Positions 20,252 to 28,956 of a stretch of 64,000 nt of DNA are shown in pieces. This stretch comes from an uncultured bacterium (GTDB lineage Bacteria > Krumholzibacteriota > Krumholzibacteriia > Krumholzibacteriales > Krumholzibacteriaceae). The first letter of the stretch is position 1, and each line of letters opens with the position of its first letter. Location of the stretch: positions 96,001-160,000 of the forward strand of contig CAWFAD010000010.1 of the NCBI GenBank assembly GCA_963813815.1. The letters run 5' to 3'. Both the position numbers and the translations under genes were made by a program. A model generated the notes under the pieces. The model had not been told where the DNA came from. It saw only the letters and a list, made by a program, of their open reading frames with translations, and did no database searches.

Positions 20252-21012
20252 GATTCCGGCCGGCCGCTCTCGCGATTCTGCTCGCCGCCGCCTCCTCCTG
20301 CGGCGGACCGAAGCGGAGCGCCATCTCCCCCGAACGCGTGGCGCAGGTCGTGACGCACCGCGTCGAGCAGGGGGAGAGCTGGAAATCGCTCGCGCGGGAT
20401 TTCTACGGCGACGAGTCGAGGGCCGCGGACATCGCGCGTTCGAACGGCATGGATCTCGCGGCGCCTCCCCGGGCGGGAGCGGCCGTGAGGATATCGCTCG
20501 GCGCGCGGGACGCCTCTCGCCTCGAGCGCCGCCTCGAGGCGGCCCGCGATTACAACGCGGGGCTCGATCTCGCCGAGAGCGGCAACTACGCCGCCGCCGC
20601 GGAGAGATTCGAGGAGGCGTTGAAGCTCGATCCTTCGTTCCGCGACGCGTCGTTCAACTACGCGCTCGTCTGCGGCAAGCTCGGCGCCCACGCGAAAGCG
20701 ATCCGCGCTCTCCGCGAGCTCGTTTCCGTCGAGCCCGCCCGCGCGGACTACCGGTACGCCCTCGGCGCGGCCCACTTCGCGGCGGCCGAGCTCGCCTCCG
20801 CCGCGAAGGCGTTCGAGGCGGTTCTCAAGATTGAGCCGCGCCACGCGCGGGCGGTCTTTTCGCTCGCCGCCGTTCTCGAGCGGCAGGGCAAGGCCCCCGA
20901 GGCGGCGAGGCTCTACGAGAGGTACCTCTCGCTCGATCCCGAGGGGGAGTGGGCCGAGGCGGCGCGCTCGCGAATCGAGGCGCTCGCCCGCCCGGCGGGA
21001 GGCGGACGTTGA
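20248..21012 (+). CDS. LysM + TPR lipoprotein
   Basis: Lipobox-like AASSC; THRVEQGESWKSLARDFYGD..IARSN (LysM); TPR repeats. Confidence 0.78.
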   Translation: MRFRPAALAILLAAASSCGGPKRSAISPERVAQVVTHRVEQGESWKSLARDFYGDESRAADIARSNGMDLAAPPRAGAAVRISLGARDASRLERRLEAARDYNAGLDLAESGNYAAAAERFEEALKLDPSFRDASFNYALVCGKLGAHAKAIRALRELVSVEPARADYRYALGAAHFAAAELASAAKAFEAVLKIEPRHARAVFSLAAVLERQGKAPEAARLYERYLSLDPEGEWAEAARSRIEALARPAGGGR

Positions 21013-22433
21013 TCGAGCTCCGCGGCGTCTCCTTCGCCTTCGCCGGCGGCCGCGAGATTCTGCGGTCGATCGACCTTTCGATCGAGAACGGGTCGTGGGT
21101 CGCCGTCGCCGGGGGCAACGGCTCGGGCAAGTCGACCCTCTGCCGCCTCGTCGCCGGGCTCTTCCGTCCCTCGGCGGGAACGGTCTCGGTCGACGGCGCG
21201 GATCCATCCTCCGCCGGCGCCCCGCCGGGGGTCGGCATCGCGTTCCAGAACCCCGACAGCCAGTTCGTCACCTCCAGCGTCGAGCGGGAGATCCTGTTCG
21301 GGATGGAGAATCTCGGGCTCGATCCCCGCGAGATGCGCTCGCGTCTCGACGCGATCCCGCCGGCCTTCGGTCTCGCGGATCTGCTCCGCCGCAACCCCCA
21401 CACGCTCTCGGGAGGGGAGAAACAGCGCCTGGTGCTCGCGGGTCTCTCGGCGATGGCGCCCCGGCATCTCGTGCTCGACGAGCCCTTCTCGTTTCTCGAC
21501 GAGGCGGGGAGAAGCTCGTTTCTCGAAACGCTGCGCGGATCGCTCCGCGCGGCGGCGAGGACGGTCGTCTGGTCGACGGTCGACGAGGAGGAGATCGCGC
21601 TCGCCGATCGGGTCGTTTTTCTCCACGGGGGAAGCGTCCTCTACGACGGACCGCCCGGCGCCCTCGCCTCGGCCGTGCCGGAAAGCGCGCTCGACGCGTC
21701 GCTCGTCCGGGCGAAGCGCGCGACGCCCGGCGCGCCCGGGCGCGGAAACGCCGGCGGAGCGGAGCGCCGGCAGGGGCTCGGGGCGGGAACGCCGCCCCTT
21801 CCGATAGAGATCCGCGGCGCGGAGTTCTCCTGGCCGGACGCTGCGTTTTCCCTCGCCGTCGAGGATCTTTCGATCGCGAAGGGGGAGATGACGCTCCTCA
21901 CGGGCCCCTCGGGCTCGGGAAAAACGACGCTTCTTCTCGGCTGCTCAGGCCTGCTCCCCCCGCGCTCGGGAACGGCCGCCGTGCTCGGCCGCCGCATCCG
22001 GTCCCGGCGCGACGCGCCGGTCGGACGCTTCGCCCTGCTCTTTCAGAGCCCCGAGCAGGGTTTCTTCGCCCCGACGGTTCGCGGGGAGATCGCGATCGCC
22101 CGCCGTGCCTTTCACGGCGGCGACGGGATCGACGGGGCCGTCGAGGCGGCGCTCGCCCGGACCGGTCTCGCGCCGGGGGCGTTCCTCGAGCGCAACCCGT
22201 TCGGCCTCTCACAGGGAGAGAAGCGGCTCGTGGCCTTCGCCTCGGCTCTCGTTATCGGCGCCGAGCTCGTGCTGCTCGACGAGCCCACGATCTTTCTCGA
22301 TGGGGCGGCTCGCGCGAGGCTCCGCGATCTTCTCGTGGAGCTCCGGGCCGAGGGGACGACGGTCGTCGCCGCGTCGCACGACAGGCGGTTTTTCGAGCCG
22401 ATCTGCGACCGCGTCGTCGCGCTTTCTCGTTGA
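21009..22433 (+). CDS. ECF-type ABC ATPase with two nucleotide-binding domains
   Basis: GGNGSGKST, FQNPDSQF, LSGGEKQR, LDEP; second domain GPSGSGKTT, FQSPEQ, LSQGEKR, LDEPT. Confidence 0.88.
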   Translation: MIELRGVSFAFAGGREILRSIDLSIENGSWVAVAGGNGSGKSTLCRLVAGLFRPSAGTVSVDGADPSSAGAPPGVGIAFQNPDSQFVTSSVEREILFGMENLGLDPREMRSRLDAIPPAFGLADLLRRNPHTLSGGEKQRLVLAGLSAMAPRHLVLDEPFSFLDEAGRSSFLETLRGSLRAAARTVVWSTVDEEEIALADRVVFLHGGSVLYDGPPGALASAVPESALDASLVRAKRATPGAPGRGNAGGAERRQGLGAGTPPLPIEIRGAEFSWPDAAFSLAVEDLSIAKGEMTLLTGPSGSGKTTLLLGCSGLLPPRSGTAAVLGRRIRSRRDAPVGRFALLFQSPEQGFFAPTVRGEIAIARRAFHGGDGIDGAVEAALARTGLAPGAFLERNPFGLSQGEKRLVAFASALVIGAELVLLDEPTIFLDGAARARLRDLLVELRAEGTTVVAASHDRRFFEPICDRVVALSR

Positions 22434-22458
22434 AATTGCAGGGGAAAGGGAGTACACT
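22430..22458 (+). promoter_or_regulatory. Putative sigma-70 promoter of the paralog array
   Basis: TTGAAA-N17-TACACT; AGGAGGT RBS before ATG 22521. Confidence 0.55.
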
Positions 22459-22520
22459 CCCGATAGGGGACAACGAGGCCAATCCCGGTCATTGCAAGCA
22501 TTGAAAAAAGGAGGTGACGT

Positions 22521-23063
22521 ATGAAGCGAATGCTCACGCTTTTGGTGGCGCTCCTTGCTTTCTCATCCGCGGCCTCCACGGACATTCGACCGTCGGTGGG
22601 GCTCTTCTCGGACTACAGCCATTCGGAATGCTCGGTTTTCGCGAACTTGTTCACGCCGTTCGATGCCTGGCTGTGGTGGACGCCCGGCCCGGGCGGCATC
22701 ATGGGAGTCGAATGCGCGATCGAGTGCCCGAGCAACGTGGTTTTGGTCTCCAAAACGTACCACCCGGAGCTCCAGTCCCAGCTCGTGGATTGCTGCGAAG
22801 GATTGGAGTGCAGCTGCTTCTACTCGACGTGCCACACGGACTGGGTCTACGTCTTTCGTTTGACGTTCTTGCTATTAGACAATGCTAGTTCCGTGATCGA
22901 CATCGTGCCGTATCCGCCGTCGGGAGGAATCAACGCCGCGACCTGCGAGCCGGGATATCCGATCGTTCCGGCGACTCTGATGAGCGGCCTTTATATCAAC
23001 GCGTGGTGCTTCGTCGCCGTCGAGGAGTCGACCTGGGGGGCGGTCAAGAGCCTGTACCGTTGA
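22521..23063 (+). CDS. Cys-rich secreted protein with C-terminal STWGAVKSLYR (paralog 1)
   Basis: Signal peptide, 10 Cys, strong RBS, clearly homologous to the next two ORFs. Confidence 0.85.
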   Translation: MKRMLTLLVALLAFSSAASTDIRPSVGLFSDYSHSECSVFANLFTPFDAWLWWTPGPGGIMGVECAIECPSNVVLVSKTYHPELQSQLVDCCEGLECSCFYSTCHTDWVYVFRLTFLLLDNASSVIDIVPYPPSGGINAATCEPGYPIVPATLMSGLYINAWCFVAVEESTWGAVKSLYR

Positions 23064-23140
23064 TCGCGCGGCCGGCGTCGGCCGAAACCGCTCGGGAGGG
23101 CGCCCGCAAAGCCTTCCGGGCGGATTGAAGGGAGCGATAC

Positions 23141-23695
23141 ATGAAGCGAATGCTCACGTTTTCCGTTCTGATTGTTCTTTTCCTTTGCTCGAGCGCCGTG
23201 CCGCAGACGGCGCCGAAGCCGTACGTCGGAGTTTTCGCGGACGCTTACCACTCGGTATGCAGCGTGTATCCCCGTCTCTACTCTCAGTTCGATGCATGGA
23301 TATGGTGGCTCCCCGGGCCCGGGGGGATAAAGGGGGTCGAGTGCGCGATAGCGTATCCGAGCTACATTGTGCGCACGTCCACCACGTTCAACCCGGACCT
23401 CGACTTTATGATACCGACGTGCTGCGAGGGCGGCGTGTGCTCCTGCGTGTTCAACTCGTGCCACACGGAGTGGGTGTGGCTCATTCGCGAGACCTTCCTC
23501 TTCCTCGTCATCACGACGCCCTCATTCATCAGCGTCGTAAACCATCCGCTGTCGAACGGAGTCTACGTCGCCACGTGCGAGCCGGGGTATCCGACGGCTC
23601 CGGCGACGGTTTTTACCGCTCTCGCGATCAATCAGGAGTGCTACATCGCCGTCGAAGCGTCGACGTGGGGGGCGATCAAGAGCCTGTACCGTTGA
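23141..23695 (+). CDS. Cys-rich secreted protein with C-terminal STWGAIKSLYR (paralog 2)
   Basis: Same pattern: FDAWIWW.PGPGG, CCEG..CSC, CHTEWV, ATCEPGYP. Confidence 0.85.
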   Translation: MKRMLTFSVLIVLFLCSSAVPQTAPKPYVGVFADAYHSVCSVYPRLYSQFDAWIWWLPGPGGIKGVECAIAYPSYIVRTSTTFNPDLDFMIPTCCEGGVCSCVFNSCHTEWVWLIRETFLFLVITTPSFISVVNHPLSNGVYVATCEPGYPTAPATVFTALAINQECYIAVEASTWGAIKSLYR

Positions 23696-23772
23696 TCGCG
23701 CGCACGATGTCGGTTCAAGCCGCTCCGGAGGGCGGCCGCAGAGATTTTCGAGGGTGTTGAAGGGAGCGGCGT

Positions 23773-24315
23773 ATGAAGTGGATGCTCACGCTTTTTGGGG
23801 CGCTGCTGGTTTTCGCCTCGTCGGCGTCCATGGCTGGGGGTCCGTATGTGGGGATCTTCGAGGGCGACGGTCATGCTGCCTGCTCCGTGTTCAGGACCAT
23901 CTGGCAGGCGTTCGATGCCTGGCTGTGGTGGTACCCGGGTCCGGGAGGTTTGAAGTCTGTAGAGTGCGCGGTCGAGTGTCCGAGCAATGTCCTGATGATC
24001 GCCAAGGTTTACCACCCTGATCTCCAGTTTCAGGTGGAGGATTGCTGCGAAGGATTGGAGTGCAGCTGTTCCTACCTGACGTGCCACACGGACTGGGTCT
24101 ACGTCTTTCGTTTGACGTTCTTGCTGATGAACACGGACCCTTCCTCCATCAACATCGTGCCGTATCCGCCGTCGGGAGGAGTCAACGTCGCGACGTGCGA
24201 GCCGGGATACCCGGTCGTTCCCGCGATCGTGTTCAGCAACCTCGGCATCAACCTGCCGTGCGTCATCGGCGCCGAGACGTCGACGTGGGGGGCGATCAAG
24301 GGGCTCTACCGCTAG
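23773..24315 (+). CDS. Cys-rich secreted protein with C-terminal STWGAIKGLYR (paralog 3)
   Basis: Same pattern; long identical nucleotide tracts shared with paralog 1. Confidence 0.85.
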   Translation: MKWMLTLFGALLVFASSASMAGGPYVGIFEGDGHAACSVFRTIWQAFDAWLWWYPGPGGLKSVECAVECPSNVLMIAKVYHPDLQFQVEDCCEGLECSCSYLTCHTDWVYVFRLTFLLMNTDPSSINIVPYPPSGGVNVATCEPGYPVVPAIVFSNLGINLPCVIGAETSTWGAIKGLYR

Positions 24316-24351
24316 GCGGCCCGTTTCTCGCCGCGAGAGAGGCGTTTCATT

Positions 24352-24382
24352 CGGGGGAGGCGACCGGTCTCCCCCGTTTTTT
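24352..24382 (+). terminator. Intrinsic terminator after the paralog array
   Basis: CGGGGGAGGC...GTCTCCCCCG stem followed by TTTTTT. Confidence 0.7.
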
Positions 24383-24512
24383 GTCCTCTTGCAAGCCCGC
24401 TTCCATTCGGCTATCCTCAATCCTCTTTCGCGCCCGCGGGGCGCGTCGCACTAGCGAGTATCACCGGTCGTTTCGAGGAGCGTCGGATCCGGCATGGATG
24501 GAGGGATGGACC

Positions 24513-26198
24513 ATGAAGGCAGCAGCCCGCCTCTCTTGCATCATCCTCGCGCTCGGGCTCGTTTCATTTCTGTCGTGCTCGAAGGGCGTTGAGATGCAGT
24601 TCAAGGATTTTGTGACGGCACACGTCGCGAAGCTCGAGCCGCTCGAGAAGGAGGCGAATCTCGCCTACTGGCAGGCCGCGAACTCCGGCAAGGAGGAGGA
24701 TTATCAGCGCTATTCAGAGGCGCAGCTCAAGCTCGAGAGACTCTATACGAATGCGGAGGATTTCGCGTTCGTGAAGCGTGCGAAAGAGTCGGGAAAGCTC
24801 GCCGATCCTATTCTCCGGCGCACGGCGGAGGTTCTCTATCTGCGCTACGTCGGCAACCAGACCGATTCGCTGCTCCTCGAGCGGATACTCGATATCTCGA
24901 GCGCCGCGGAGAACAAGTTCACGGTGTACCAGCCGGTCGTCGGCGTTGATACGATCAACACGAACGAGGTGTACCGCATCCTCGGCGAGGAGCGGAGCAC
25001 CGTGAAGCGGCGGGCCACGTGGGAGGCGAGCAAGAACGTCGGGCCGCTCGTCCGCGACGATCTCATCGCGCTCGTGAAGCTCCGCAACGAGTCGGCCCGC
25101 AAGGCCGGATTCGAGGACTTCTACACGATGACCCTCACGCTCGGCGAGCAGAAAGAAGAAGATCTCATCGGCATATTCGCCGAGCTCGACGAGATGACCC
25201 GCGAGCCGTTCCTCGCGCTCAAGGCGGAGCTCGACCGCGAGCTCGCGAAATCCTACGGCGTGAAGATCGAGGACCTGCGGCCGTGGCACTACCACGATCC
25301 GTATTTTCAGGAGCTGCCGCAGGTAGGCGAGCTGGACCTCGACTCGTACTACGAAGGAAAGGACGCCGTCGAGACCGCGAAGACGTTCTTCGCGGGCGTC
25401 GGCATGCCCGTCGAGGACATCCTCGCGCGGAGCGACCTCTTCGAACGGCCGGGCAAGAATCCGCACGCCTTCTGCTCGGACATGGACCGGGCCGGGGACA
25501 TCAGGATCCTCGCCAACATGAAGAACAACGGCTACTGGATGGAGACGATCCTGCACGAGCTCGGCCACGGAACGTACGACAAGTACATCGACGGCGGCCT
25601 TCCGTTCCTCCTGCGGAGCTATCCGTCGAGCTGCCTCACCGAGGCGGCCGCCGAGTTCTTCGGGCGGCTGTCGCAGGATCCGGCGTGGATGAAGGCGGCG
25701 CTCGGCATTCCGGACGAGGAGATCGCGAAGATCACGCCCGCGATCGAGCGCTCGCTTCGACTCAAGCAGCTCATCTTCTCGCGGTGGAGCCAGGTGATGT
25801 TCCACTTCGAGCGCAGCCTCTACCGCGATCCGGATCAGGATCTCAACAAGCTCTGGTGGGATCTCGTCGAGCGCTACCAGTACGTGAAGCGTCCCGAGGG
25901 CCGCGACATGCCGGATTGGGCGACGAAGATCCACATGGTCATGAGCCCGGTGTACTACCACAACTACATGCTCGGCGAGCTCGTCGCCTCGCAGGTCCAC
26001 CACCACGTGTACGCCGAGGTGCTGAAGGACGGGGCGGCGGGCGGCGTGTACGGCAATCCCGCGGTGGGCGCGTGGTTCCGCGAGACGTACTACAAACCGG
26101 GTAACGTCGCTCCCTGGAACGCGCACATCGAGGCCGCGACGGGCGAGCCGCTCACCGCGCGGTACTTCGTCGAGCAGTTCGCCAGGGCCGGCATTTGA
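24513..26198 (+). CDS. M2/M3-type zinc metallopeptidase, probable lipoprotein
   Basis: FLSC lipobox-like motif; SDLFERPGKNPHAFC, HELGH, TEAAAEFFG, PVYYHNYMLG. Confidence 0.85.
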   Translation: MKAAARLSCIILALGLVSFLSCSKGVEMQFKDFVTAHVAKLEPLEKEANLAYWQAANSGKEEDYQRYSEAQLKLERLYTNAEDFAFVKRAKESGKLADPILRRTAEVLYLRYVGNQTDSLLLERILDISSAAENKFTVYQPVVGVDTINTNEVYRILGEERSTVKRRATWEASKNVGPLVRDDLIALVKLRNESARKAGFEDFYTMTLTLGEQKEEDLIGIFAELDEMTREPFLALKAELDRELAKSYGVKIEDLRPWHYHDPYFQELPQVGELDLDSYYEGKDAVETAKTFFAGVGMPVEDILARSDLFERPGKNPHAFCSDMDRAGDIRILANMKNNGYWMETILHELGHGTYDKYIDGGLPFLLRSYPSSCLTEAAAEFFGRLSQDPAWMKAALGIPDEEIAKITPAIERSLRLKQLIFSRWSQVMFHFERSLYRDPDQDLNKLWWDLVERYQYVKRPEGRDMPDWATKIHMVMSPVYYHNYMLGELVASQVHHHVYAEVLKDGAAGGVYGNPAVGAWFRETYYKPGNVAPWNAHIEAATGEPLTARYFVEQFARAGI

Positions 26199-27034
26199 TC
26201 TGGCTCGTACCGGCAGCGCTCTGCTCCATAACGATCGCCCTCATCCTCAAGATCAACGAGGGGAGGGGCGGAAACCGCATACTGATCGCCGGGGCGAACT
26301 ATCTCGTCGCCTCGGCGATCTCGTTTCTCATGATCGGGGGGCTTCCCCCGGCGCCGGGGGCGGCGACGCTGGCGCTCGGCGCCGTCTCGGGCGCCGTCTA
26401 CGTGCTCGGCTTTCTCGTTCTCATGACGGCGATCGCGCGCGGCCCGCTCGCCGTGCCGGTCACCGTCGCCCGCCTCTCGGTCGTTATCCCCGTCGTCGTC
26501 TCGATCGCGGTCTGGCGCGAGGCGCCCGGAGCGGCGCAGTGGGCGGGGATCGTTCTCGGCCTCGGGGCGATCGTGCTCTTCGGCTTCGGCATCTCGCCGG
26601 GAAAGGGACGGGCCGGTCTCGGCTACGGCTGGCTCATGATTGCGCTCTTTCTCGTGCTCGGAACCGGGGACGTCCTGCTGAAGGCCTTTCGGGAAACGTC
26701 CGGCGGGCGCGACCGGCTCGTTTTCACGTGGATTCTCTTCACGTCGGCCGCCCTCCTCACGTGGATCGTCATCGCGGCGCGGCGCATTCGCTTCGATGCG
26801 CGAACCTTCGCCCTCGGCCTGCTCCTCGGCGTCCCGAACCTCTTCAGCACCGTTTTTACGCTGCTCGCGCTCCGCTCGGTGGACGCCTCCGTCGCGTTTC
26901 CTCTCATCAACCTCGCGGTCATCGCCGGCACGACCGCCCTCGGGCTCGCCGTCTGGCGCGAGAGGATCGGACGGCTCGGCCTCGCCGCCCTCTTCCTCGC
27001 GGCCGCGGCCATCGTCCTGCTCTCTTTTCGGTGA
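26195..27034 (+). CDS. DMT/EamA-family transporter
   Basis: About 10 TM helices in two repeats (VWREAP / VWRERI). Confidence 0.8.
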   Translation: MIWLVPAALCSITIALILKINEGRGGNRILIAGANYLVASAISFLMIGGLPPAPGAATLALGAVSGAVYVLGFLVLMTAIARGPLAVPVTVARLSVVIPVVVSIAVWREAPGAAQWAGIVLGLGAIVLFGFGISPGKGRAGLGYGWLMIALFLVLGTGDVLLKAFRETSGGRDRLVFTWILFTSAALLTWIVIAARRIRFDARTFALGLLLGVPNLFSTVFTLLALRSVDASVAFPLINLAVIAGTTALGLAVWRERIGRLGLAALFLAAAAIVLLSFR

Positions 27035-27102
27035 CGCGAGCGGGCCGTAAAAAACCCTTGCGCCCCTCCGGCCATCCGCGCTACGATCCGCCGGAAAGAC
27101 GG

Positions 27103-27134
27103 CCTTTTAATCTGGCCCGGGAGGCCAGGAAAGG
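27103..27134 (+). ncRNA. PyrR-binding loop (pyr attenuator leader)
   Basis: CCTTTTAATCTGGCCCGGGAGGCCAGGAAAGG matches the UUUAA...CCNGNGAGG stem-loop pattern, directly upstream of pyrR. Confidence 0.8.
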
Positions 27135-27146
27135 ATAGAAAGGGTC

Positions 27147-27182
27147 AGTCCCATCCTCCCTCTCCGGCCGGGTGGGCTTTTT
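27147..27182 (+). terminator. Attenuator terminator in the pyr leader
   Basis: AGTCCCATCC...GGGTGGGCT stem followed by a T-tract, just downstream of the PyrR loop. Confidence 0.65.
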
Positions 27183-27219
27183 CATGCGCGCGCCCCCCGC
27201 TCCCAAGGAGGTTCGAGTC

Positions 27220-27900
27220 TTGAGGATCAAGCCCAAATCGACGGTCATGGACAGCGCCCAGATTCGCCGGACGATCGTGCGGATCGCGCATGAGATCATC
27301 GAGCGCAACCGGGGGGTCGACAACCTCATTCTCGTCGGCGTGCGCAAGCGCGGCGTGCCGCTCGCCGAGCGCATCGCCCTCGAGATCGAGCGGTTCGAGG
27401 GCGTGCGGGTTCCCGTCGGCGTCATCGACATCACGCTCTATCGAGACGATCTCCAGATGGTCGCCCAGATGCCGATCGTCGGTGAAACTTCCATCAAAGA
27501 GGACATCACGGCGCGCGTCATCGTGCTCGTCGACGACGTGCTGTACACCGGCCGAACGATCCGCGCGGCGCTCGACGAGCTCATCGACTTCGGGCGGCCG
27601 AGCGCGATCCAGCTCGCCGTGCTCGTCGACCGCGGGCATCGCGAGCTTCCGATCCGCGCCGATTTCGTCGGAAAGAACGTACCGACGGCGAAAGGCGAAA
27701 CGGTCGAAGTGCTCCTCGAGGAGACGGACGGACGCGAAGAGGTCCTGCTCGGGGAGATTATTGAGGAGGAGCCGCCGGCGAAGCCGGCGCAGAAAGGAGA
27801 AAGCATGGCCCCGGTGAAGGCGAAGAAGAAAGCGGCGAAGAAATCCTGCTGCGGAGCGAAGAAGAAACCGGCGAAGCGGACTTGCGGTAAGAAGAAATAG
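27220..27900 (+). CDS. pyrR: Bifunctional pyr operon regulator/UPRTase with Lys-rich C-terminal extension
   Basis: [74 protein letters not shown] before TTG. Confidence 0.95.
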   Translation: MRIKPKSTVMDSAQIRRTIVRIAHEIIERNRGVDNLILVGVRKRGVPLAERIALEIERFEGVRVPVGVIDITLYRDDLQMVAQMPIVGETSIKEDITARVIVLVDDVLYTGRTIRAALDELIDFGRPSAIQLAVLVDRGHRELPIRADFVGKNVPTAKGETVEVLLEETDGREEVLLGEIIEEEPPAKPAQKGESMAPVKAKKKAAKKSCCGAKKKPAKRTCGKKK

Positions 27901-27990
27901 CGAGGAATCCCCGCGCGTTCCGGAGCCGGCCCCCGGCGGAGGCTCCGGCGCGCGGCGGGGGCGGGCATCGAACAAGGGGGTAGAGGGTCC

Positions 27991-28941
27991 GTGCCGTTCA
28001 ATCGAAAGCACCTCCTCGGTCTCGAGGAGCTCACGGCGGAGGAGATCACCGCCATCCTCGACGCCGCCGACACGTTCAAGGAAATCTCCGAGCGGCCGAT
28101 CAAGAAGGTTCCCGCGCTCCGGGGCAAGACGATCGCGAACCTCTTTTACGAGCCGAGCACGCGCACGCGGATCAGCTTCGAGCTGGCCGAGAAACGGCTC
28201 AGCGCCGACAGCGTGAGCTTCTCGAAGCAGGGCTCGTCCGTCGTGAAGGGGGAAACGCTTCGCGACACGGTCGAGAACATCCAGGCGATGAAGGTCGACA
28301 TGGTCGTCATGCGCCACCAGTCCTCCGGAGCGCACCGGTTCCTCGCGAACTACCTCGACGCCTCGATCATCAACGCGGGGGACGGCCAGCACGAGCATCC
28401 GACCCAGGCGCTGCTCGACATGATGACGCTGCGGCAGCGGTGGAAAACCTTCGAGGGAAAACGCGTGACGATCGTCGGCGACATCATGCACAGCCGCGTG
28501 GCGCGCTCGAACGTCTGGGGGCTCACGAAGCTCGGCGCCGCCGTGACCGTCTGCGGTCCCGCGACGATGATGCCGGCCTCCGTCGAGGCGCTCGGCGAGG
28601 GAGGGGTGACGATCGAGCACGACATCCGCGCGGCGGTGGCGGACGCGGACGCGATCAACATCCTGCGGGTGCAGCTCGAGCGCCAGAAGGCGCGGCTCTT
28701 TCCGAGCATGCGGGAGTATTTCGACGTGTTCGGCGTGACGGCCGAGGTTCTCTCGCACGCTCCCGAGCACTGCATCATCATGCATCCCGGCCCCATGAAC
28801 CGGGGGGTCGAAATCGGACAGGAGGTCGCCGACGGCGACCGCGCCGTCATTCTCGAGCAGGTCACCAACGGCGTGGCCGTCCGGATGGCGGTTCTCTTTC
28901 TGCTCGCCGGGGGAAGTCTCGACGCCGGCGCCCTGCAATAG
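27991..28941 (+). CDS. pyrB: Aspartate carbamoyltransferase catalytic subunit
   Basis: FYEPSTRTRISFE, KGETL, NAGDGQHEHPTQALLD, HPGPMNRGVEI. Confidence 0.96.
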   Translation: MPFNRKHLLGLEELTAEEITAILDAADTFKEISERPIKKVPALRGKTIANLFYEPSTRTRISFELAEKRLSADSVSFSKQGSSVVKGETLRDTVENIQAMKVDMVVMRHQSSGAHRFLANYLDASIINAGDGQHEHPTQALLDMMTLRQRWKTFEGKRVTIVGDIMHSRVARSNVWGLTKLGAAVTVCGPATMMPASVEALGEGGVTIEHDIRAAVADADAINILRVQLERQKARLFPSMREYFDVFGVTAEVLSHAPEHCIIMHPGPMNRGVEIGQEVADGDRAVILEQVTNGVAVRMAVLFLLAGGSLDAGALQ

Positions 28942-28956
28942 GACGGAGGAACATCG

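Larger units (their letters stand above)
22521..24315 (+). repeat. Tandem triplication (unit 620-632 bp, including homologous 77-nt spacers)
   Basis: Start-to-start distances of 620 and 632; spacers 23064-23140 and 23696-23772 align. Confidence 0.85.

Noticed and set aside
22521..24315. Paralog array as a DGR, integron or CRISPR
   Set aside because: No reverse transcriptase, integrase or cas gene; differences are not confined to adenines; no attC-like sites or repeat-spacer pattern
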